A program made the translations under genes and the position numbers. This document shows, one piece after another, positions 13,296-22,210 of a DNA stretch of 64,000 nucleotides. This DNA is from Somniosus microcephalus (Eukaryota), in contig CM126209.1 in NCBI GenBank assembly GCA_052327205.1, positions 63,860,001 through 63,924,000 of the forward strand, written 5' to 3'. How positions within the stretch are numbered: the first letter of the stretch is position 1; the number at the start of each line of letters is the position of its first letter. The notes under the pieces were generated by a model that was not told the DNA's origin, ran no database searches, and worked only from the letters and a program-made list of their open reading frames with translations.

Positions 13296-16200
13296 CTACC
13301 TTTTGGTCCGCAGCCGCCGAACAAGGAAGAGTCGCACCCGTTTGGATTCCCGTCGTAGAGGGTCGCTGGTCCGCTTACATGCGGTTGGCCATTGGTCAGA
13401 GTCCGTGTGGCCTGGATTGCCCTGTGAAGGGTCGGGGAGATCATGGCTTCGAGTACGAGCCCCAATAGGTTCCAAGTCGGACTGCCTCTGTTCAGAGGGA
13501 GGTGCAGAGCTGGTCTGTGGCGGATCAGTACTTTCATGCGCAGTACTGGGAGGGTCGCAACCTTGAGCACGGGGTTCTACCGGCACCAAGCTAGTTGGTG
13601 TCCGATCAGGATCCTGGAGAGGGGTACCCGATAGGTCCCAAGAGTTTCCTGGTGAAATGCCATCACCCGATGTCCCACTAGGTCCTGGTGGGCAGGGAGC
13701 CAGATCCCGTAATGATACGGTAGATTCTCGGCCGTCGGAATATCGTATGTTTGCATAGGTGGGGTTGGCATCGGTTAGTTCAACCTCGTCTACAAGAGGG
13801 TCATTTTTAGACGTCCGAACGTATCTTCGGAGTAATACAGGTCCAGGAGTAGTTAGCCATGACGGGAGTGATGTCCCATGAGATGAGCGATGCTGGAATC
13901 CAAAGAACCGCTCATGAGGTGTAGTATTTGTGGCTGTAGAAAGCAGGGACCGTATAGAGTGCAATGCATCCGGAAGCACTGTTTCCCATTGCTGGTCTGG
14001 TAGGCCCCGAGATCTTAAAGCGAGACGTACGGAATTCCAGATGATACCGTTATACCTCTCTACCTGCCCATTTCCGATGGGATGGTATGGTGTTGTTTTG
14101 CTTGTAGCAATTCCCTGTTCTGAGAGGTAGTCCTTGAGTTCCCTTGACATAAAGGATGGACCCTGATCTGAGTGAATATAAGCCGGCATGCCACAGAGAG
14201 AAAATACCTGCTCAAGGCAGCAGATTACTGTGGACGCCAGCATATTGGAGCAGGGGAAGGCAAACGGAAAACGTGAATATTCGTCGATCATGGTGAGCAA
14301 ATATGTGTTCCGAGTTGAAGAGGGCACTGGGCCCTTAAAATCGATGCTAAGTCGTTGCATCGGTTGGGTTGCATGTATGAGTATACCATCTGAGGGGCGG
14401 AAGAACTGAGGTTTTAATTCCGCACAAAGCCGGCATTCTGAGCATATTTTCTTTACATCTCCAGTGGAAAAAGGGAGATTCCGTGATCGTACGAAATGTA
14501 GCATGCGCGTAACGCCAGGATGACACAAACCATTGTGGACATCCATGAGAGTGGAGGATGACATAGTGGAGCAGAATGCCCGTGTGAGGGTGTCCGGGGC
14601 CACATTCTCCTTGCCAGGCCGATAGAGAATCGTATAACCAAAAGAGGCCAGTTCCATCCTCCAAAGTTGTATTTTATTATTCTTAATTTTGGTTCGTTTT
14701 CGATTATCGAGCATGAAGGCGACTGATCGTTGGTCCGTGATCAATGTAAAGTGCTGGCGAGCTAGAAAATGGTTCCACTTCCGTACTGCCTCTATGATGG
14801 CTGTGGCTTCTTTCTCAACCGGAGGATAATGTAGCTCGGCACCTTGTAAGGTCCTGGACATAAATGCTACAGGACGACCTTCCTGATTCAGAGTAGCCGA
14901 GATCGCCACCTCCGAGGCATCACATTCAACCACGAAAGGGAGATTCTCATCAATGGAGTGAAGAGCCGCTTTCTCCAACTGTTTTTTGAGAAGGTTAAAG
15001 GCTGCAACAGCCGCTGTTCCCAGTGGAAATGATCTAGCATGCAGCAAGGGTTGGATTTTGTCCGAAAAATGAGGAATCCATTTAGCGTAGTATGCAAACA
15101 GACCGAGAGCCCGACGTAAAGAAGCCAGATTCTTAGGTGACGGGAGCTCTTGGAGCGGGCGAAGTCTTTCTGGGTCTGGCTTAATGATACCATTGCCTAC
15201 GCAGTAGCCAAGGATGTTGATGGTCGGTTGCGACTCAACAGATTTGGATTCATTCAGGGTCAAATTACGGCGATGGAGGGCATCCCAAAATTTTTGGAGG
15301 TTGGAGTCGTGTTCCTGTTGATCGTGACCTGCAATGGTAATGTTATCAAGATAGGGAAAAGTGTCCCTTAGGTTTTCCTGCTTAACCAGGCCATCCATTG
15401 CCCGTTGAAAGACAGCCACTCCATTAGTAACCCCGAATGGGAGGCGACGAAATTGGTACAGCCGTCCATTAGCCTCAAAGGCTGTGTACTGCTTATCTGA
15501 GACCTTCAAGGGTAACTGATGATAGGCACTTTTTAAATCGTAAGTTGAGAACACTTTGTATTCGGCCAGTTTATTAACCATATCATCAATGCGTGGCAAT
15601 GGGTAGGCGTCCAAGTCGGTATATTGATTGATGGTTTGCGAATAATCGATGCATAGTCGCTGTTTGTGAGGTTTTAGAGGGTTCTTGACAATGACGACTT
15701 GAGCCCGCCAGGGCGACGAACATGGTTCAATGATATCCTCTGCTAGAAGTCGAGAGATTTCAGCCGCAATAAAAGATCGGTCTTCCTGATTAAAGCGCCG
15801 CGATTTCGTTATTATCGGTTTGCATTGAGGCAGAATACTGGCAAATAATGAGGGTTCATCAAGTGAAGCTGCTGATAATGCACAAAATGGTAATTTAGAC
15901 GATATATTAGAAATAGTAAGTCCGGGTTTGGATCCACCAAACTCAATGGTGAGTTTCTTATGCTGTTTTTGGAAGTCCAGCCCTAAGAGGAGATCACTAC
16001 ATAAGTCCTTGAGCACCGAAAGTCGGGTGGAGGGATACATACGACCATGAAGTGTCATATCAACAACACAAAAGCCGGAGATTCTGGTATTAAGTGATGA
16101 CTGGGCCATCGCAATTGCCTGGTCCGTTGGGAAGACATGTAGTTTCAATTTCGCAACAATCTGTTCCTTAATGAAACTATCAGTACTTCCTGAGTCAATT

Positions 16201-17222
16201 AAGGCATCTAAGGTATGCCCTTTAATTGAAATTTTTGTGGCTGCATGAGACAGGTTCTGTGGGCAAGCAGCTGTAATTGGTGTCGTTGCACAGAGAGTGG
16301 CTAAAACTCTCGGTGTGCTTCTTCGGGAGAGAGCTCGAGAGGAAGCTTGATAGGTCCTAGCTGGAGCATCTTGATAGGCCCTAATTGGGGCAGTTCGGTA
16401 GGCCTTAGCTGGATTGGCCCTCGTAGAGGCCCTTGATAGGCAAACTTTAGCAAAGTGTCCTTTTTTCCCGCAATAACTGCAGATTGCATTGCGAGCAGGG
16501 CAGGTTTTCCTAGGGTGAAAAGCATCTCCACAAAAGAAGCATTTCTTCCTAGATTGCCAAGAGGCTGCTAAAGTGGGGTCGTCCTCCTCTTCTTCATCAG
16601 AATTATCAGAATTAGATTCCCCCATGATAGGGTTCACCTGAGACCGCTTGAATTGTCTGGTTGCAGCTACAGCAGCAGATCGAGATCTGGGCAGCTGATA
16701 GAGGTCTGCATTTCTCTTTACCAAATCCAGTGAACAAGCTAGGTCAAAAGCTTTTTGTAGCTCAAGTGTTTTACTTTCTAGTAGACGCTGGCGTATAAAT
16801 GGAGAGGCAATCCCGCAGATGAAAGCATCCCGAATCATTTCTTGGCGGTACAGCTCAGCTGAGGCTGCCTGAAAGTTACAATCTACGCTGAGCCTGCGAA
16901 GTTCTTGCAGGAATTCGTCAATTGATTCCCCTGGCCCTTGTCGGGCTGTGGCCAGTAGATGTCTAGCATAGACCTCATTTGGGGTCTTCGCATACAGTTT
17001 CTTAAGTGCCCGAATCACCTCTTCGTAATTATCCCATTCATCAACATATTCGAACACTTTTGGGGTCACATAATTGACAAGTATCTTCAATTTAGCAGGA
17101 GCATCCGCTTTACATTCATCCAGAAAATTCTCAAAAGTACGATACCAATGCTTCCATACCCTGCCAGCTGCTGGTGTATTCGGGTCCAAGTCCAGACGAA
17201 TAGGTCGAAGGATTTTCTCCAT
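13296..17222 (-). CDS. Gag-Pol polyprotein (gag, two zinc knuckles, protease, RT, RNase H, integrase), 1308 aa
   Basis: CFFCGDAFHPRKTC and CSYCGKKGHFAKVC; ALIDSGS; YDLKSAYHQ, LPFG, YLDN; ECDAS, EKEA, ITDQ; HNGLCHPG..CSECRLC, IDFKG, HSDQG, QVERYN. Confidence 0.96.
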   Translation of the reverse strand: MEKILRPIRLDLDPNTPAAGRVWKHWYRTFENFLDECKADAPAKLKILVNYVTPKVFEYVDEWDNYEEVIRALKKLYAKTPNEVYARHLLATARQGPGESIDEFLQELRRLSVDCNFQAASAELYRQEMIRDAFICGIASPFIRQRLLESKTLELQKAFDLACSLDLVKRNADLYQLPRSRSAAVAATRQFKRSQVNPIMGESNSDNSDEEEEDDPTLAASWQSRKKCFFCGDAFHPRKTCPARNAICSYCGKKGHFAKVCLSRASTRANPAKAYRTAPIRAYQDAPARTYQASSRALSRRSTPRVLATLCATTPITAACPQNLSHAATKISIKGHTLDALIDSGSTDSFIKEQIVAKLKLHVFPTDQAIAMAQSSLNTRISGFCVVDMTLHGRMYPSTRLSVLKDLCSDLLLGLDFQKQHKKLTIEFGGSKPGLTISNISSKLPFCALSAASLDEPSLFASILPQCKPIITKSRRFNQEDRSFIAAEISRLLAEDIIEPCSSPWRAQVVIVKNPLKPHKQRLCIDYSQTINQYTDLDAYPLPRIDDMVNKLAEYKVFSTYDLKSAYHQLPLKVSDKQYTAFEANGRLYQFRRLPFGVTNGVAVFQRAMDGLVKQENLRDTFPYLDNITIAGHDQQEHDSNLQKFWDALHRRNLTLNESKSVESQPTINILGYCVGNGIIKPDPERLRPLQELPSPKNLASLRRALGLFAYYAKWIPHFSDKIQPLLHARSFPLGTAAVAAFNLLKKQLEKAALHSIDENLPFVVECDASEVAISATLNQEGRPVAFMSRTLQGAELHYPPVEKEATAIIEAVRKWNHFLARQHFTLITDQRSVAFMLDNRKRTKIKNNKIQLWRMELASFGYTILYRPGKENVAPDTLTRAFCSTMSSSTLMDVHNGLCHPGVTRMLHFVRSRNLPFSTGDVKKICSECRLCAELKPQFFRPSDGILIHATQPMQRLSIDFKGPVPSSTRNTYLLTMIDEYSRFPFAFPCSNMLASTVICCLEQVFSLCGMPAYIHSDQGPSFMSRELKDYLSEQGIATSKTTPYHPIGNGQVERYNGIIWNSVRLALRSRGLPDQQWETVLPDALHSIRSLLSTATNTTPHERFFGFQHRSSHGTSLPSWLTTPGPVLLRRYVRTSKNDPLVDEVELTDANPTYANIRYSDGRESTVSLRDLAPCPPGPSGTSGDGISPGNSWDLSGTPLQDPDRTPTSLVPVEPRAQGCDPPSTAHESTDPPQTSSAPPSEQRQSDLEPIGARTRSHDLPDPSQGNPGHTDSDQWPTACKRTSDPLRRESKRVRLFLVRRLRTKR

Positions 17223-17294
17223 GATGGGTGGTTCCCTGGATCCTTAACTTCCGAGTTTGTCTGAAGGTCTAGTATTTGTCAGTGTAAATACTAA

Positions 17295-17978
17295 GGCCTA
17301 GAAATTGAGTTTTGGCGCAGCCAGGGCTTTAGCGCCGGAAGTTAGTGCCGGAGCTAAGTCGCGCTGGTCGGGCCCAAAATTCAATAGTTCTGCGCCCAAA
17401 CGGCTGCCGGCGCTGCTGAGAGCTGTTTGCGCCTGAAAACTGGCGCAACGCGCTGAATTTCGGCGCTATTCCGGCGCTGCGGCGCCCGCTGCGGTGCGGC
17501 AGGTTCGGGAAGTGCAGGCCTCCTCCTTCCCTTAAGGAGGAGCTGCCTGCACCCGGCCGCGGCCCGCGAAAATCTTTTTAAAAATGAGCCCGGCACCTCG
17601 GACAAGTGCCGGGCTTGCTTCTGTTCCGGGGGGGGGGGGGGAAGTCCGGGGAGGGAGCTGCGGCCAGGCGGCCGGCGGGAAAGCGGCCGGCCGCCGCGGG
17701 GCCTTTAATGCGCCGGCGCAAAAACATGTTGGACTCTGTTGCCAGAGTCTTAGTTGCGGCTGCCACGGGTGAGGCGGCCGCAACTGAATTTCGGCGCTGG
17801 GGCCCGTCGGCATGGCAACCGGGACGCTGCGCACACCGATGACGTCATCGGTGCCGGCGCAGCGCTACCGGTCTAGCGCGGCGGAAGGGCCCCAGGCAAT
17901 TTAGGCGCCGGCGCCAATTGCAGCGCTAGGCCCTCTAGCGCCGCAAAATCGGCGCTAAGGGCACTGAATTTCTAGGCC
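17295..17978 (+). mobile_element. Harbinger MITE copy 2 (684 bp) in the Gypsy 5' leader
   Basis: TIR GGCCTAGAAATT at both ends; flanks TAA and GAA (TSD with one mismatch). Differs from copy 1 at only a handful of positions. Confidence 0.93.
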
Positions 17979-17992
17979 GAAGTTACTTAAAT

Positions 17993-18253
17993 TGATGTAA
18001 GAAAAAGGAGACTTACCATCAAGTAACTTTAAAGTAAGCTTTAAGTAACTTATAAACACACTATATACAAGAGAGGTCTTTACCATGCCTCTGGTAGAAG
18101 CCTCTTACAATACTGAACAGACCAGTATTTATACCAGTCCAACAGGAAGTGACATATGACAGGAAGTGAGGTATGTACACAGTTCATAGTTCATAGTTCA
18201 CAGTTCACAGGAAGTGATGACATAACTTCCCGGAAGTTATTATTTTTATCACA
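17993..18253 (-). repeat. 5' LTR (261 bp)
   Basis: TGTGAT...CATCA on the minus strand; TATAAATA at 18133-18126; several CAGGAAGTG/CCGGAAGT ETS-like motifs. Confidence 0.95.
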
Positions 18254-18410
18254 GTACCCTTGAATATTAAGTGCCTAGTCCTCACTGTTTTTAAGCCACG
18301 TTTCCGTTATTGCACAACATCATATTGCTCACCAACCTTATTCACCACACTTTGTGCGTTTACATACATGCATTCTAAACCCATTTTTGAATTTTTTGTA
18401 GTCTTTGGTA

Positions 18411-19300
18411 GTGGAAATACTCCTCAGTGCAGTGAGACAAAAGAGAGAGGCATTATTTGGCGGATGTGACTGCTGCCAATGAAATATAGTAGTTGCGCGT
18501 GCGCAGCTCCAGTGGTGTTTTGTTTGTTCTCGTCAGACTTCCCACAGATTGGTGAGAGAGAAAGGTGAGGGGTGGAAATTTCAGGTATTGTGAGGTCTGT
18601 GATGTGGCTTGAAGGTGATATTAGGATGTTATCAGCTTCTGAGAGTTTAATTGTACTCTCACGGAGTGTGTTTATCGCTATCAGCTCCTCTGTCTGTTGT
18701 GGTTTGAACACGCGGCTGGTGAACAGAATGCAGGCGCAGGGTGCTGGGATTTAATCGGCTGGGAAAAGGATCATTGAGAAAGAGAGTAGAGACAGTGTGG
18801 AGAGATAGAGAGAGGAGCGCTAGACAAAGAGGCTGGGGAGGTAAACGAGAGGGAGGGCGGAGAAGGAACGCGAGAAGAGAGAGAGAGAGTGGCAGTGGTG
18901 TGATTAATTCATCAGAATGAACAGCTAAAACTTCCAGTACAATTTAACGAGGAAATGTGACTTGAAGGTGATATTAGGATGTTGTCAGTTTGTGAGAGTT
19001 TTATTGTACTCTCGCCGAGTGTGCTTATCGCTATCGGCTCCTCCGTTTGCTGTGGTGAACGTTACTGTTTCATATCTGGGACCTGACATTTATGTGCAGA
19101 TTGCTTCAGCGCAGCTTCCGGTAGCTTCCGGTTCGTTGGCAGCAGTCACTCCGTTATTTGGAATCCTTCAATGTCATCCTGCAAGGAGAGCTGGACAGCA
19201 AGTGGCAGGAGGTGCCCAAATCAGTCAGTGGCAATTTGGCAACCCCATGCTTCATAACTCAGTGCCAGAAAAAGGTCTGCCAAGATCAGAGAAGCCGGCC
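18411..19300 (+). pseudogene. Relic Myb/SANT-like exon of an old Harbinger, split by a TIR element
   Basis: VEILLSAVRQKREALFG before 18461 and KWQEVPKSVS..TPCFITQCQKK after 19161 resemble exon 1 of the Harbinger Myb-like genes in this window. Confidence 0.55.
18461..19153. mobile_element. Unclassified non-autonomous DNA transposon (693 bp, 8-bp TSD)
   Basis: TIRs CGGATGTGACTGCTGCCAATGAA and CGGA-GTGACTGCTGCCAACGAA; perfect TSD TTATTTGG at 18453-18460 and 19154-19161. Confidence 0.85.
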
Positions 19301-19465
19301 ACACCAAGAAGGCACTGAGATAAGCACGTTTGCAACTTACAATCACTTCACCCTCACTGTTCTGAAGTGCTTCAATAGCTCACTGTCAAGGTCCATGAGG
19401 TAGTGTAGGGCCCTTTACACCCAGCCTTCCCCTGCAAGTACTTCATTATTCACATTCTTACATAC

Positions 19466-22210
19466 AATCATGGAATGATACAGCACAGAAGGAGGTCATT
19501 TGCTCCATCGTGCCTGTGCCAGCTCTTTGGTAGAGCTGTCCAATTAATCCCACTCCACTGCTCTTTCCCCATATCCCTGTAAATTTTTTCCCTTCAAGTA
19601 TTTATCTAATTCTCCTTCAACTGTTACTACTGAATCTGCTTCCACCATTCTTTCAGGCAGTGCATTCCAGATCACAACTCGCTGTGTAAAAAAATGTTTC
19701 CTCATGTCGCCTCTGCCTCTTTTGCCAATCACCTTACATCTGTGTCCTTTAGTTACCGGCCCTTCTACCACTGCAAACAGTTTCTCCTTATTTACTTTAT
19801 CAAACGTGTTCATTGAACACCTCTATCAAATCTCCTTTTAACCGTCTCTGCTCTAAGGAGAACAATCCCAGCTTCTCCAGTCTCTCTGCATAACTGAAGT
19901 CTGTCATTCCTGGTACCATTCTAGTAAATCTTCTCTGTGTTAAATTTCATCTGCCATGTGTCTGCCCATGTCACCAGCGTGTCTATGTTACTATTCTGTT
20001 TACTACATTTCCGCGTTTTGTGTAATCTGCAGACTTTGAAATTATGCCCTGTATACCCAAGTCCAGGTCATTAATCTATATCAAAAAGAGTAGTGGTCCT
20101 AATACTGACCCCTGGGGAACATCGCTGTATACCTCACCCCAGTCTGAAAAACAACCGTTCACCACTACTCTCTGCTTTCTGTCCCTTGGCCAATTTTGTA
20201 TTCATGCTGCTGTTGTCCCTTTAATCCCATGGGCTTTAATTTTGTTAACAAATCTATTATTTGGTACTTTGTCAAACGCCTTTTGAAAGTCCATATACAC
20301 AACATCAACTGCACTACCTTCATCAACCCTTTCCAATACTTCATCAAAGTTAGCCAAACATGATATGCCTTTAATTTAATTTAATTTTTAATAATGCTGA
20401 CTTTAATTTAATCTACTTAGCTCATACTTTTCCAACTGCTAATTAATTTTGTCCTGGATTATTGTTTCTAAAAGTTTCCCCACCACTGACATTAGGCTGA
20501 CTGGCATTAGTTGCTGGTTTATCCCTCTCCCCTTTTTTAAACAATGGTGTAACATTTGCAATCCTCCAGTCCTCTGGCATCACTCCCATATCCAAGGAGG
20601 ATTGGAAGATTGTGACCAAAGCCTCTACAATTTCCACCCTTACTTTCCTCAGTAACCTAGGATGCATCCCAACTGGACTGGGTGACTTTCTACTTTGAGG
20701 ACTGCCAGTCTTTTAAATACCTCCTTTTTATCTATTTTTATCCTGTCCAATATTGCTATGGCCTCCTCCTTTACTGCTACATCAGCAGCATCCTCTTCTC
20801 TAGTGAAGACAGATGCAAAGTATTCATTTAGTACCTCAGCCATGGCCTCTGCCTCCACAAGAAGATCTCCTTTTTGGTTCCAAATCGGCTCCACCCTTCC
20901 TTTGACTACCCTTTTACTATTTATGTGTTTATAAAGGACTTTTGGGTTACTTTTTATGTTAGCCACTAATCTATTCTCATACCCTATCTTTGCCCCTCTT
21001 ATTCCCTTTTTTAGATCTCCTTCGTACTTTCTATATTCAGCTTGGTTATGAACCTCACATTTGTCACTTTTTCTGTCTCATTTTAACCTCTATATCTTTG
21101 GTCATCAAGGAAGCTGCCCTTCCTTTCCCCCTCCTGGGAATGTGTCTACTCTGTACCTAAACCATTTCCTCTTTGAAGACCTCCCATTGTTCAATTACTG
21201 TTTTGCCTACCAATTTTTGATTCCAATCCACCTGGGTCAGATCCCTTTTCAACTCATTAACATTAGCCCTCCTCCAGTTAAGGATTTTTATGCTTGATTG
21301 CTCCTTGTCTTTTTCCATAACTATTCTAATCTTGATGATAATATGATCACTCTTTCCCAAATGCTCTCCCACTGAAACATGCTCCACTTGCCCCACTTCA
21401 CCCCTCAGAACTTCCAGCCCCTTCCTCATTGGGCTGGAAACACAGTGATTAAGAACATTCTCGTGCACACATTTCAGGAATTCCTCCACCTGTTTGCCAT
21501 TTACACTGTTATTATCCCAGTCTATATTAGGATAATTGAAGTCCCCCATTATTACTACTCTGTATTCTTGTGTCTTTCTGTAATTTGCCTGCAAATTTGT
21601 TCCTCTATCTCCTTCCCACTATTTGGTGGTCTATAGTGTACACCCAGTAGCTTAATAGCTCCTCTATTGTTCCTTACTTCTAACCAAATAGATTCTGTCT
21701 TTGGCCCTTCAACTACATCATTCCTCTCCAATGCTATACTTTCTTTGATCAATACTGCCACCTCCCCCTCCTTTTATTCCTTCCTTATCTTTCCTGAATA
21801 CCTTGTAGCCGGGAATATTAAATTCCCAACCCTCCACTTCTTTGAGCCAGGTCTCTGTTATTGCTACTATAATATAGTGCCATGTGGCGACTTGTGCCTA
21901 CAGCTCACCAACTTTATTTACCACGCTACATGCATTTACGCACATGGACTCCAAACCCATCTTGGACTGCTTCGCATTTGCCCCCTGTCTGATCCCTCCT
22001 ATTTCTGAACTATTCTTTACTCTCGTGCTATTTGTCTCTCCCAGTCCACTGTGCACCTTGTTTCTCCTCTCAAATGTTTCATCCTAGTGCGCATCCCCCT
22101 ACCAAATTAGTTTAAACACTCCCCCACAACAGTACTAGTTTAACTTCCTGTGAGGACATTGGTTCCAGCTCTGTTGAGGTGCAACCCATCCACCTTGAAC
22201 AGGTCCTTCC
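19466..22210 (-). mobile_element. Degraded CR1 LINE (endonuclease and RT fragments)
   Basis: ORF pieces TESIWLE..YRPPNS, MGDFNYP, PEDWRIANVTPLFKKG, FFTQRVV.WNALP. Confidence 0.88.

Larger units (their letters stand above)
12314..18253 (-). mobile_element. Full-length young Ty3/Gypsy LTR retrotransposon (Mag-like architecture)
   Basis: TG...CA LTRs at both ends, 5-bp TSD GTACC (12309-12313 and 18254-18258), PPT GGAGGGAAGAA at 13273-13263, single gag-pol ORF. Confidence 0.97.
9584..18385 (-). mobile_element. CR1 LINE ORF2 (endonuclease + RT, disrupted), split by the Gypsy insertion at 12314-18253
   Basis: RT pieces 9822-11551 and endonuclease pieces (GGGVAVLIK, YRPPN, LGDFNYP) up to 12313. 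The N-terminus (CMYVNAQS..ITETWL..NIQG|YKV) continues at 18254-18385. Confidence 0.9.
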
